DNA of 64,000 nucleotides from an uncultured Actinomycetota bacterium (GTDB lineage Bacteria; Actinomycetota; Actinomycetes; Actinomycetales; CAWJMD01), in contig CAWGTL010000014.1 of the NCBI GenBank assembly GCA_963825505.1, forward strand, positions 209,944 through 273,943, in the 5' to 3' direction. Numbering within the stretch: position 1 is the first letter of the stretch; each line of letters begins with the position of its first letter. Shown here in pieces: positions 34,339 to 43,473 of the stretch. Under the pieces are notes generated by a model. It was not told the origin of the DNA, ran no database searches, and saw only the letters and a list, made by a program, of their open reading frames with translations. The position numbers and the translations under genes are program-made.

Positions 34339-35536
34339 GTGATGGCCGCGTTCGTGATGGCCGGGCGTCACCTTCGCCAGCTGGGCCTCGCGGATCCCGG
34401 ACGTCAAGGACGCCCTCGACCTCACGCCGTCGCGGCTCGGCCTGGTGCTGATCGCGATGAGCGCCGGGTCGGTCCTCGCGCTGCCGTCCGCGGGCGCGGT
34501 GATCAACCGTGCCGGCGTCGCCCGCACGGTCCTCGGCGGCGACGTCCTGTTCGACCACGGCCGGTCTGACGCTCGCCGGCGCCGGCACGTCCGCCGGCTC
34601 GATCGTCCTCGTCGCGGCCGGGCCTGTTCGTCGCCGGCCTCGGCGTGGGCAGCTGGGACGTCGCGATGAACGTCGAGGGGGCCGACGTCGAACGCCACCT
34701 CGGTCGCACCGTGATGCCGCACTACCACGCGGGTTTCAGCCTCGGCACCGTCGCAGCGGCCGGCCTCGGCGCGCTCGCCTCGTGGGCCCGCTTCCCCGTC
34801 GTCGCGCACCTCGTCCTGGCCGTCGCGCTCGCGCTCGTGGTCGTGCTGTGGGCCACCCGGCGGTTCCTGCCGCAGGCCGTGCACGAGGACGCACGACGAG
34901 ACCGCGCCGCCCGCACGGCACCCGCTGTCGTACTTCCGCGAGCCGCGCACCCTGCTCGTCGGTGTCGTCGTCCTGGCCGCCGCCTTCACCGAGGGCGCGG
35001 CCAACGACTGGCTGTCGGTGGCGATCCGGGAGGGCTACGACACCGAGGCGTGGGTCGGCGTGCTCGGCTTCGCCGCCTTCGTCTCCGCGATGACGTTCGG
35101 CCGGGTGCTCGGCACCCGCTGGCTCGACACCTACGGCCGGGTCAAGGTGCTGTGGGGCGCGTTCGCGCTCGCCGGCGTCGGCGCCCTGCTGGTGATCCTC
35201 GGTCCGACGATCGGCCTGGTGGCCGCGTTCGTCGGCTCGCTGCTGTGGGGCGTCGGCGCCTCGCTCGGCTTCCCGGTGGGCATGAGCGCCGCCGCCGACG
35301 ACGCCCGCCACGCGGCCGCGCGGGTCAGCGTCGTCGCCTCGATCGGCTACTGCGCCTTCCTCGCCGGCCCGCCGCTGCTGGGCTTCCTCGGCGACCACCA
35401 CGGCGTGCTGCCCTCGCTCCTGGTCGTGGTCGCCCTGACCATCCCGGCGATGCTCGTGGTCCCCGCCACCAAGCCGCTGCCGGGCTCGGACGCCGACCGC
35501 TCCGAGCAGGGCGAGGACGCCCGGCCACCAGCCTGA
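34339..35536 (+). pseudogene. MFS transporter with at least four +1 frame disruptions
   Basis: Coherent MFS sequence appears only when five frames are spliced: VMAAFVMAG | VTFASWASRIPDVKDALDLTPSRLGLVLIAMSAGSVLALPSAGAVINRAG...DVLF | TTAGLTLAGAGTSAGSIVLVAAG | LFVAGLGVGSWDVAMNVEGADVERHLGRTVMPHYHAGFSLG...RRFLPQAVHE.. | ..HPLSYFREPRTLLVGVVVLAAAFTEGAANDWLSVAIREGYD...(to 35536). The breaks are near 34363-34366, 34553, 34620-34623 and about 34885-34915. The N-terminal limit is uncertain. Confidence 0.7.
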
Positions 35537-35559
35537 TCCGGTGCCCGTAGCCTGAACCG

Positions 35560-36612
35560 GTGCCCCAGCCCGACCCCGCCGACGCCTCCGTGACCCGGCT
35601 GGCCGACCTCACCACGCTGCGGGTGGGCGGCCCGGCGGCGCGCACCGTGGTGGCCGGCGACGAGGCCGCGCTGGTCGAGGCGGTCTCCGCGGCCGACGCC
35701 GCCGGCGAGCCCGTCCTGCTCGTGGCCGGGGGGTCGAACCTGCTGGTGGCCGACGCCGGCTTCGAGGGCACCGTGGTGCAGGTGCGCACCCGCGGCGTGA
35801 CGGTGCTGAGCCACGACGCCTGCTCGGGCGCGAGCGTGCAGGTCGCCGCCGGCGAGCCGTGGGACGACCTCGTCGCCCACGCCGTCGAGCAGGGCTGGAC
35901 CGGGGTCGAGGCGCTGTCCGGCATCCCGGGCTCCACCGGTGCGACCCCGGTGCAGAACGTCGGTGCCTACGGCCAGGAGGTCGCCCAGACCGTCGCGAGC
36001 GTCCGCACCTGGGACCGGGTGCTGCGTGGCGTCCGCACCTTCGCCGCGTCCGACTGCCGGTTCGGGTACCGCACCTCGCGGTTCAAGGTCGACCCCGGAC
36101 GCTTCGTCGTCCTCGACGTCACCTTCCAGCTCCCGCTCGGCGACCTCGGGACGCCCGTGGCCTACGCCGAGCTGGCCCGCGCCCTCGGGGTGGAGGTCGG
36201 ACAGCGGGCGCCCACGGCCGCCGTCCGCGAGGCCGTGCTGGGACTGCGGCGCGGCAAGGGCATGGTGCTCGACGCCGCCGACCACGACACCTGGAGCGCC
36301 GGGTCGTTCTTCACCAACCCGGTGCTGCCCGCCGACGCCGCTCTGCCCGAGGGTGCGCCGCGCTTCCCGGCGGCCGGCGGCGCGGTGAAGACCAGCGCCG
36401 CCTGGCTGATCGAGCACGCCGGCTTCGGCAAGGGGTTCGGCCTGCCGGGCCCGGCGTCGCTGTCGACCAAGCACACCCTCGCGCTCACCAACCGCGGCGA
36501 GGCGTCCGCCGACGACCTGGTGGCGCTCGCCCGCACCGTCCGCGACGGCGTGCGCGACCGCTTCGGCATCACGCTGGAGCACGAGCCGGTGCTGGTGGGG
36601 CTGCGTCTCTGA
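35560..36612 (+). CDS. murB: UDP-N-acetylenolpyruvoylglucosamine reductase
   Basis: ...LTTLRVGGPA...LLVAGGSNLLVAD...LSGIPGSTGATPVQNVGAYG...CRFGYRTSRFK...SAGSFFTNP...KTSAAWLIE.... Confidence 0.9.
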   Translation: MPQPDPADASVTRLADLTTLRVGGPAARTVVAGDEAALVEAVSAADAAGEPVLLVAGGSNLLVADAGFEGTVVQVRTRGVTVLSHDACSGASVQVAAGEPWDDLVAHAVEQGWTGVEALSGIPGSTGATPVQNVGAYGQEVAQTVASVRTWDRVLRGVRTFAASDCRFGYRTSRFKVDPGRFVVLDVTFQLPLGDLGTPVAYAELARALGVEVGQRAPTAAVREAVLGLRRGKGMVLDAADHDTWSAGSFFTNPVLPADAALPEGAPRFPAAGGAVKTSAAWLIEHAGFGKGFGLPGPASLSTKHTLALTNRGEASADDLVALARTVRDGVRDRFGITLEHEPVLVGLRL

Positions 36613-36619
36613 CTCCTGC

Positions 36620-36669
36620 GAGTTGTCACCACCGCAGCAGGTCCGGACCTGGGCTGGTGGTGACAACTC
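36620..36669. terminator. Bidirectional hairpin between the convergent murB and gntR genes
   Basis: A 14-bp perfect inverted repeat, GAGTTGTCACCACC (36620-36633) / GGTGGTGACAACTC (36656-36669), encloses a second perfect palindrome, CAGGTCCGGACCTG. Confidence 0.6.
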
Positions 36670-36671
36670 GA

Positions 36672-37043
36672 CTAGGGGGTGCGCAGCAGGCCGGCCACGA
36701 GGTCGAGCACCGCGGAGTCGGCCAGTCCCGCCGCGCGCGCCCGCTCCACGAGCGACCGGGCGGCGCGGGCCACCTCGGCCCCGGCCTCCACCGGCGCTCC
36801 GGTGACCACGGTGCCCACGCGGCGGCGGCTCGCCACCACGCCGTCGGCCTCGAGCTCGCGGTAGGCGCGCGCGACGGTGCCGGTGGCGATGCCGAGGTCG
36901 GCAGCCAGCGCCCGCACGGTCGGCAGCCGGTCGCCCGCCCGCAGCGCGCCGGACGCCACGTACCCGGCCACCTGGGCGCGGACCTGCTCGAAGGGCGGCA
37001 CGGCCGAGCCCAGGTCGACCTCGAGCCGCGGCGGGCCGGTCAC
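36672..37043 (-). CDS. GntR-family transcriptional regulator (short, YhcF-like)
   Basis: ...PFEQVRAQVAGYVASGALRAGDRLPTVRALAADLGIATGTVARAYRELEADGVV... is a winged-helix GntR HTH. The protein is 123 aa in total. Confidence 0.8.
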   Translation of the reverse strand: MTGPPRLEVDLGSAVPPFEQVRAQVAGYVASGALRAGDRLPTVRALAADLGIATGTVARAYRELEADGVVASRRRVGTVVTGAPVEAGAEVARAARSLVERARAAGLADSAVLDLVAGLLRTP

Positions 37044-37951
37044 GCCGGCACCACCGGGACCGGCAGCGGCGCGGGTGCGGGGGCCGGCACCCGCGGGGCC
37101 GGGACGGCGAGCACGGCGACGCCCACCAGCCCGGCCAGCCCGCCCACGACAGCCAGCACGACGCCGAGAGCGCCGAACCCGGCGGCGCCGTCGGCGACAC
37201 CGCGGGTCGCGCTGCCGGCGGTCAGCAGCAGCCCGGCGAGGGTCAGCCCCGCACCGGACGCCGCCCCGCGCAGCACCCGGTGCGCGCCGGCCCGGCGCAG
37301 GGCTGTGTCGGTGGCCGGATCGGCCGCCGCCACCGCCGGGCGCGACACGACGAGGTGCAGCGCGAGCGCCACCAGGACGGCGAGCACGACCAGGCCCGCG
37401 AGCACGGGCAGGACGTAGAACGCCCCGGGGAACGGGCCGGCCGACGACGTGCCGGCGCCGTCCTGGCCCTCCCAGGCCCGGGTGAGGGCGCGTCCGGTCC
37501 CGTCCGCCGCCACGACGCCGACCAGCCCGGTGACCACGACGGCGCCCGCGAGCACGGCCGCGGCCACCAGCGCCGGTCGCGGCAGGACGTCGGCGACCCG
37601 GCGCCGCACCAGCAGTCCGCTGCGCCGGGTTCCGGTCGGACGCGGCCAGGTGACCTCGGTGAGGGCCAGCACCAGCGTGTGGGCGCAGGCGGCCACGAGG
37701 AACACCACCGCCAGCAGCCGTCCGGCACCGAGCCCGTCGACCGACCGGGACAGCGCCGCCCAGCCCGCGACCGCGCCGACCGCTGCCACGACCGCGAGGA
37801 CGCCGCCGGTCACCGCGTGCCGCCGCGCCGCCGCCGTCGCCGGACCGATCTCGCCGTCGGGACGGCTGGTGACCGCGAGGACCAGCAGGACGACGAGCGC
37901 CAGCGGCAGCAGCACCGCGAGCGGGAGCAGGACGAGCAGACCGGACGCCAT
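37040..37951 (-). CDS. Hypothetical polytopic membrane protein, co-transcribed with the GntR regulator
   Basis: I take the ATG at 37951 as the start (MASGLLVLLPLAVLL...), preceded by the SD GGAGGA (tcctcc at 37956-37961). The stop overlaps the GntR ATG (ATGA). I recognise no family. Confidence 0.55.
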   Translation of the reverse strand: MASGLLVLLPLAVLLPLALVVLLVLAVTSRPDGEIGPATAAARRHAVTGGVLAVVAAVGAVAGWAALSRSVDGLGAGRLLAVVFLVAACAHTLVLALTEVTWPRPTGTRRSGLLVRRRVADVLPRPALVAAAVLAGAVVVTGLVGVVAADGTGRALTRAWEGQDGAGTSSAGPFPGAFYVLPVLAGLVVLAVLVALALHLVVSRPAVAAADPATDTALRRAGAHRVLRGAASGAGLTLAGLLLTAGSATRGVADGAAGFGALGVVLAVVGGLAGLVGVAVLAVPAPRVPAPAPAPLPVPVVPA

Positions 37952-37961
37952 GGGTTCCTCC

Positions 37962-37985
37962 AATGAGTCAATGAACTGACTCATT
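37962..37985. promoter_or_regulatory. AT-rich perfect inverted repeat, candidate operator for the GntR operon
   Basis: AATGAGTCA-atgaac-TGACTCATT lies immediately upstream of the SD of the membrane-protein/GntR operon. It stands out against the GC-rich background. Confidence 0.5.
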
Positions 37986-38008
37986 GATGCACAGCCTCGA
38001 GCGCGGCG

Positions 38009-38716
38009 TCAAGCGGTGCCGGCACGCTCCAGCACCAGCTCGACCAATCGCGGGTCGACGACCGGCACCCCGTCGCGCACCGGGACGAGCGGGGTGGCGA
38101 CGACGTCGGCGCCGACGCGGGCGAGCCGGTCGTGGAACGCCCCGGGGGCGAGCAGGTACGCCGCGACGGCGACCCGCCGACCGGGGTGGTCCGCCCGGGC
38201 GCGAGCCACGGCCTCGGCGACGGGCGGGGTGGCGATCGAACCGAATCCGACCGAGACGGGGCCCTCCCAGCGCTCGCGGACGGCGTCGACCACGGCCGCG
38301 ACGTCGGCCACCGCGCGTGCGTCGCTGGACCCGGCGGCGGCGACCACCACGGCGTCCCCGGCCTCAGACCCGTTCTCGCGCAGGCGCTGCACGAGCAGCT
38401 CGGCGAGCCGGGGGTCGGGGCCGAGGGCGGCAGCGGCCGCGGCCCCGGGAACGGACGCCACGGCCGACGCGATGTCGACGTGGACGTGGTAGCCGCCGGA
38501 CAGCAGCAGCGGCACCACGACGATCGGCGAGAACCCCTCTGCCCGAGCGTGTTCGACCACCTCACCGACCTGGGGGTGCTGGACGTCGACCCAGGTCTCG
38601 AGAACCTGGTGACCGGCTGCCCGGGCGCGGACCGCGGCCACCAGCGCGGAGACCGCCGACTGCCCGAGCGGGTCGGCCGTGCCGTGCGAGCACAGCACCA
38701 GCGCGCGGCCGCTCAC
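38009..38716 (-). CDS. cbiX: Sirohydrochlorin chelatase (CbiX/SirB family)
   Basis: MSGRALVLCSHGTADPLGQ...VVVPLLLSGGYHVHVD...VVVAAAGSSDARA...AYLLAPGAF... shows the duplicated CbiX halves. Confidence 0.75.
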   Translation of the reverse strand: MSGRALVLCSHGTADPLGQSAVSALVAAVRARAAGHQVLETWVDVQHPQVGEVVEHARAEGFSPIVVVPLLLSGGYHVHVDIASAVASVPGAAAAAALGPDPRLAELLVQRLRENGSEAGDAVVVAAAGSSDARAVADVAAVVDAVRERWEGPVSVGFGSIATPPVAEAVARARADHPGRRVAVAAYLLAPGAFHDRLARVGADVVATPLVPVRDGVPVVDPRLVELVLERAGTA

Positions 38717-38726
38717 GCCGGCGTGC

Positions 38727-39761
38727 TCACGACGCGAGCCACTCGTCGACCCCCGCCAGGAGCTGCTTCTTCACGTCGTCCGGTGCGACGCTGGCGCGCA
38801 CCGACGAGGCCGCCAGGGCGGCAACAGCGGGGTCGCTCATGGCGTGATCGATTCTGGCGGAATGGTACTGGGCGAGGAGGCGGGACCCGAACAGCAGCGG
38901 GTCGTCGGCGCCGAGGGCGATCGTGGCGCCTGCCTCGACGAGCGCGGGGAGGGGCACGTCGGCGAGCGTGGCGAACACGCCGAGCGAGACGTTGCTCGCC
39001 GGGCACACCTCGAGCGCGATGCCGGCGTCGACCACGCGCCGGAGCACCGCGGGGTCCTCGCCCGACCGCACGCCGTGGCCGATCCTGGTGGGGGACAGGT
39101 GATCGAGGGTCACCTGGACGTGGTCGGGCCCGAGCAGCTCGCCGCTGTGCGGCACGCACGCCAGGCCGGCACGGCGAGCGAGGTCGAAGGCCGGGGCGAA
39201 CTCGGAGGTCCAACCGCGCCGCTCGTCGTTCGACAGGCCGAACCCGACGACCGTCCCCGGGCCCTCGCCCTGGTACCGGACGGCGAGCCGTGCCAGCGTG
39301 CGGGCGTCGAGCGGGTGCCGGATCCGGCTGGCCGCCACCACGACGGCGACCTGCGTGCCGGTGGCGAGGGAGGCCGCCCGCGCCTCGTCGAGCACGATCT
39401 CCAGCGCCGGCGTGACACCCCCGACGAACGGGGCGTACGACGTCGGGTCGACCTGCAGCTCCAGCCAGCGCGAGCCCTCGGCGGCGTCGTCCTCGGCGGC
39501 CTCGCGGACGATCCGGCGCATCGCGGCCTCGTCGCGGACGACCGCCCGGGCGGCGTCGTAGAGCCGCTGGAACCGGAACCACCCGCGGGCGTCGGAGGTG
39601 AGGTGGATTGCCTGCTGGTCGCGCAAGGAGGCCGGCAGCCGGATGCCGCGGGCGTCGGCCATCTCGATCAGGGTCGAGGGACGCATCGAGCCGGTGAAGT
39701 GCAGGTGCAGGTGCGCCTTCGGCAACGTGGCGAGGTCGCGTCCCTCGTCACCGTCCGGCAT
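38727..39761 (-). CDS. add: Adenosine/adenine deaminase family protein
   Basis: ...LPKAHLHLHFTGSMRP..., ...VPHSGE..., ...RIGHGVR..., ...LEVCPASNV... and ...ALGADDPLLF... are the metal-binding motifs of the ADA family. Confidence 0.8.
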   Translation of the reverse strand: MPDGDEGRDLATLPKAHLHLHFTGSMRPSTLIEMADARGIRLPASLRDQQAIHLTSDARGWFRFQRLYDAARAVVRDEAAMRRIVREAAEDDAAEGSRWLELQVDPTSYAPFVGGVTPALEIVLDEARAASLATGTQVAVVVAASRIRHPLDARTLARLAVRYQGEGPGTVVGFGLSNDERRGWTSEFAPAFDLARRAGLACVPHSGELLGPDHVQVTLDHLSPTRIGHGVRSGEDPAVLRRVVDAGIALEVCPASNVSLGVFATLADVPLPALVEAGATIALGADDPLLFGSRLLAQYHSARIDHAMSDPAVAALAASSVRASVAPDDVKKQLLAGVDEWLAS

Positions 39762-39781
39762 CCCCCGAGTCTGCCAGCGGC

Positions 39782-40456
39782 TCAGCCGGTGCGTCCCGGC
39801 GGCCTGATCAGCCCGCGATCGAGCGCCACGGTGACCGCGCGGGTGCGGTCGTCGACCCCCAGCTTGGCGAACAGCCGCAGCAGGTGGGTCTTCACCGTCG
39901 ACTCGCCGATGAACAGCTCGCGTCCGATCTCGGCGTTGGTGAGTCCGCGGGCCACGCCGTCGAGCACCTCGATCTCCCGTCGCGTCGGCACCGGCTGGTC
40001 GGGCTGGCGGGCGCGCCGGACCAGGTGCCCGGCCACCGAGGGCGCGAGCACGGTCTCGCCCCGCGCGGCCGCCCTGATCCCCTCGAGCAGCCGGTCGCGC
40101 GGCACGTCCTTGAGCAGGTAGCCGCTGGCCCCGGCCTCGATCGCGCGGACGATGTCGGTGTCGGTGTCGTAGGTGGTCAGGACCAGCACAGCCGTCCCCG
40201 GCGCCTCGCGCAGCAGCGCCTCGGTGGCCGTCGCGCCGTCGACCCGCGGCATCCGCAGGTCCATCAGCACCACGTCGGGCGCGGCGCCGGCCGCGCGCAG
40301 CCGCCGCACCTCGTCGGCGACCTCGGCGCCGTCGTCCGCCTCGCCCACCACCTCCAGGCCGTCGTCGGTCTGCAGCAGGGCGACCAGGCCGGTGCGCACC
40401 ACCGGGTGGTCGTCGACCACCAGCACCCGGATCGGGCCTGCCCTCCGCTCGCTCAC
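39782..40456 (-). CDS. NarL/LuxR-family response regulator
   Basis: From the GTG at 40456, which overlaps the kinase stop as GTGA: VSERRAGPIRVLVVDDHPVVRTGL...VVLMDLRMPRVDG... with C-terminus LTRREIEVLDGVARGLTNAEIGRELFIGESTVKTHL. The rest of the 697-aa track ORF is an out-of-frame artefact over the kinase. Confidence 0.85.
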   Translation of the reverse strand: MSERRAGPIRVLVVDDHPVVRTGLVALLQTDDGLEVVGEADDGAEVADEVRRLRAAGAAPDVVLMDLRMPRVDGATATEALLREAPGTAVLVLTTYDTDTDIVRAIEAGASGYLLKDVPRDRLLEGIRAAARGETVLAPSVAGHLVRRARQPDQPVPTRREIEVLDGVARGLTNAEIGRELFIGESTVKTHLLRLFAKLGVDDRTRAVTVALDRGLIRPPGRTG

Positions 40457-41661
40457 GGCAGGCTCACCCGCAGCCGGGTGCCGCGACCGGGTGCGGAGTC
40501 GACGTCGAGCCGTCCGCCCGCGGCCTCCACCCGCCGGCGCATGCCGTCCAGGCCGAAGCCGGCGACCGCGGCGGGGTCGAAGCCGACGCCGTCGTCGACG
40601 ACCTCGACCACCGGGTCCGGGTCGGCGGCCAGGCGCAGCACGACCCGTCCCGCACCGGCGTGCCGCCGGACGTTCGACAGCGCCTCCTGGACCGCCCGCA
40701 CCAGCACGACCGCCCGGTCGGTGCCGAGCTCGGCCTCGGGAGGCCAGGTGCTCTCGACCACGACCTCGACGCCCGTCTCGGCGCCGAACCGCTCGGCCAC
40801 CCGGGCGAGCGCGGCGTCGACGTCGGAGCCCTGCAGGTCGACCGGCCCGAACGCCGCCACCAGCGCTCGGGCCTCGCCGAGGTTCTGGCGGGCGGTCTGC
40901 TCGATCAGGTCGAGCCGTGCGGTGTCCGCGCCCGCCGCCGCCAGCCGGGCCGACTCGGCCTGCGCCAGCGCGACGATGCTGGTGAAGCCCTGCGCGAGGG
41001 TGTCGTGGATCTCGCCGGCCACCCGCTCGCGCTCGGCCACCACGCCTGCAGCGTGCTGGGCCACGCCCAGCTCGGCGCGGGTGCGCTCGAGCTCGGCGAT
41101 CAGCTCCGCGCGCTGCTCGCTCTGCTCGATGATCCGGCCGATCCACAGCCCGAGGACCAGCGAGACCGCCAGCCCGCTGCCCATCGACACCACGACGTCG
41201 CGGATCGTGTCGGGGTCGGTGCCCTCGCCGACGAGCAGGCCGGCGCCGGACACCACGCACAGCACGGCCGCCCAGACCACCCCGGCGCGGTAGGAGGGCG
41301 CGTAGAACCAGATCTGGGGGTAGGCCGCGAACAGCAGGAGCGACGCGCGTCCGCCCTCGAGGCCGAGCAGCACGCCGACCGCCACGACGAGGACGACCAG
41401 GTACGCCGCGCCCCGACGGTCGTCGTCGCGGGTGGCCGCCGGGAGACCGAGCAGCAGGTACGCCAGGGCGAGCACGCCGACGGCGGCCAGCGACTGCGGC
41501 GCCGTGTCGCCCGGGTCGTCGCCGACGACGATCACGCCGCCCAGCACCACCAGCAGCGCGGCGAAGGTCAGGTGCCACCCGAGCACCGTGCGGCTGACGA
41601 CCGACGGCTGGTCGCGAGAGACCGGCCCACCGGTGCCCGCGCCGCCGTCCACGACCGTCAT
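40453..41661 (-). CDS. Sensor histidine kinase (HisKA_3 / DesK-LiaS type)
   Basis: It has a multi-TM N-terminus, the H-box ERERVAGEIHDTLAQGF and the HATPase motif ...ALSNVRRHAGA...VVDDGVGF...GFGLDGMRRRV.... Confidence 0.85.
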   Translation of the reverse strand: MTVVDGGAGTGGPVSRDQPSVVSRTVLGWHLTFAALLVVLGGVIVVGDDPGDTAPQSLAAVGVLALAYLLLGLPAATRDDDRRGAAYLVVLVVAVGVLLGLEGGRASLLLFAAYPQIWFYAPSYRAGVVWAAVLCVVSGAGLLVGEGTDPDTIRDVVVSMGSGLAVSLVLGLWIGRIIEQSEQRAELIAELERTRAELGVAQHAAGVVAERERVAGEIHDTLAQGFTSIVALAQAESARLAAAGADTARLDLIEQTARQNLGEARALVAAFGPVDLQGSDVDAALARVAERFGAETGVEVVVESTWPPEAELGTDRAVVLVRAVQEALSNVRRHAGAGRVVLRLAADPDPVVEVVDDGVGFDPAAVAGFGLDGMRRRVEAAGGRLDVDSAPGRGTRLRVSLP

Positions 41662-41667
41662 CGTGCC

Positions 41668-42519
41668 TCAGCCGGCGTCGCGCCGGGTCCAGCGGAAGGT
41701 GCGCAGGCACAGCGCCGTCCCGATCACGAGCCAGGCGAGGAGCACCAGCGCGGTGAGCCCGTGCTCCCAGCTGCCGCCCGGCTCGGCCACGACGTAGGAG
41801 TCGGGCAGGAACACCGAGCGCATGCCGAGGGTCATCCACCGCAGCGGGAAGACCGACGCCGCGGTCTGCATCCACTCCGGCAGGTCCGAGAACACGAAGT
41901 ACACGCCGGACACGAACTGCAGCACGATCACGATCGGGGTGATGACCGCGTTGGCCTCCTGCGCCGAGCGCGGCAGCGCCGAGACGCCGATCCCGAGGAC
42001 CGAACCGGCCGCGGTGCCGAGCAGGTAGACCCAGGCGAAGGTCGCCCAGCGGGAGGGGTCGGACGGCAGGTCGACGTCGAAGAAGAGATCAGCGGCGAGC
42101 AGGGTGACGGCGGTCTGCACGCCACCCACCAGCAGCACCAGCCCGATCTTGCCGAGCAGGTAGGCCGCGGGCGGCATCGGCGTGCCGCGCAACCGCTTCA
42201 GCAGTCCCTGGTCGCGCTCGTCCGCGATCGACAGCCCGAGGTTCTGGAAGCTGCTGAGCATCACGCCCGTGGCGATCATCCCGGCCAGGAAGTACTGGAC
42301 GAACGTGACACCGCCGGGGCCGACGTCCTGGTCGCCGAAGACCGACCCGAAGATCAGGAGCATGACCACCGGGAAGGCGAAGATGAAGGCCATCGCCATC
42401 CCGTCGCGGGAGAAGACGCGCAGCTCGGTCACCACCCGACTGGCAGTTGCGTGGGCGAGAACCGATGCAGCAGAACGCTTCTGGACGGACAGCGCTGGGG
42501 GTGAGGTCGTGGCGGTCAT
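41668..42519 (-). CDS. ABC-2 type transporter permease
   Basis: The 283-aa product has six hydrophobic segments. It is overlap-coupled (4 nt) to the upstream ATPase. Confidence 0.75.
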   Translation of the reverse strand: MTATTSPPALSVQKRSAASVLAHATASRVVTELRVFSRDGMAMAFIFAFPVVMLLIFGSVFGDQDVGPGGVTFVQYFLAGMIATGVMLSSFQNLGLSIADERDQGLLKRLRGTPMPPAAYLLGKIGLVLLVGGVQTAVTLLAADLFFDVDLPSDPSRWATFAWVYLLGTAAGSVLGIGVSALPRSAQEANAVITPIVIVLQFVSGVYFVFSDLPEWMQTAASVFPLRWMTLGMRSVFLPDSYVVAEPGGSWEHGLTALVLLAWLVIGTALCLRTFRWTRRDAG

Positions 42520-43373
42520 CGCGCCGCGCTCCCGACCATCGTGAGGTAGGTGTCCTCGAGAGTCGGACGCAGCACCTCGAGGTCGGCGATCTCCTCGCCC
42601 GGGCGCCGGGCGAGCAGCCCGGCGACCAGCGCGGTCGGCGTCGCCGTGCGCTCCTCGTGCGGGCCCCGCTCGTCGGACCAGCGCACCGTGGCCGTCGCCT
42701 GCAGGCGGCCGCCGAGGGTGGCCGGCTCGGAGACCTCGACCATCCGACCGGCGGCGATCACCCCCACCCGGTCGGCGAGGTGCTCGGCCTCGTCCATGTA
42801 GTGGGTGGTGAGCAGGATGGTGGTGCCCTCGTCGGCCAGCGTGCGCACCAGGCCCCAGAACTGCCGCCGCGCCTGCGGGTCGAAACCGGTGGTCGGCTCG
42901 TCCAGGAAGAGCAGCTCGGGTCGACCGACGATGCCGAGCGCGACGTCGAGCCGTCGGCGCTGCCCGCCGGACAGCGCGCGGGCCCGGGTCCTGGCCTTGT
43001 CCCGCAGCCCGACGGCGTCGATGACCTCGTCCGGGTCACGGGGGTCGGGGTAGAAGCCCGCGAGGTGCCGGACGAGCTCGGTGACGGTGAGCGCCCCGCT
43101 GTCCTGGCCGGACTGCAGCACGATCCCGATCCGGGTCCGCCAGTCCAGCCCCGCGGTGCCGGGGTCGGCGCCGAGGACCGACACCTCCCCCGAGTCGCGC
43201 CGGCGGTGGCCCTCGAGCACCTCGACGGCGGTGGTCTTGCCCGCCCCGTTGGGCCCGAGCAGCGCGAAGGTCTCCCCGCGGCGCACGTCCAGGTCGATCC
43301 CGTCGACCGCGGCGCGGTCGCCGTACCTCTTGGTGAGGCCGCGGACGCGCACGGCCAGGTCGCTGTCGTCCAT
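42516..43373 (-). CDS. ABC transporter ATP-binding protein (DrrA-like)
   Basis: MDDSDLAVRVRGLTKRYG...LLGPNGAGKTT (Walker A), LSGGQRRRLD (signature motif) and LLFLDEPTTGFD (Walker B). Alternative GTG start at 43400. Confidence 0.85.
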   Translation of the reverse strand: MDDSDLAVRVRGLTKRYGDRAAVDGIDLDVRRGETFALLGPNGAGKTTAVEVLEGHRRRDSGEVSVLGADPGTAGLDWRTRIGIVLQSGQDSGALTVTELVRHLAGFYPDPRDPDEVIDAVGLRDKARTRARALSGGQRRRLDVALGIVGRPELLFLDEPTTGFDPQARRQFWGLVRTLADEGTTILLTTHYMDEAEHLADRVGVIAAGRMVEVSEPATLGGRLQATATVRWSDERGPHEERTATPTALVAGLLARRPGEEIADLEVLRPTLEDTYLTMVGSAAR

Positions 43374-43473
43374 GACCCCAGGGTCACGGGCGAGGGGCAC
43401 CTCGCGCGAGGACCTTCAGTCCTACTCCCGCGTCCACCGACCGGTGGACGGCGCGGTCGACCACGTCCCCGGT

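Noticed and set aside
40441-40456. The response-regulator start GTGAGCGAGCGGAG at the HK|RR GTGA junction matches the first 14 nt of the 66-nt mini-ORF element. GTGAGCGAG also begins nuoI (7210) and aspC (48778).
   Set aside because: Only the first 9-14 nt match, and the conserved 3' half of the element is absent. GTGA followed by GCGAG is a plausible chance outcome at overlap junctions in this GC content. I note it as a possible footprint or target preference but do not count it as a copy.
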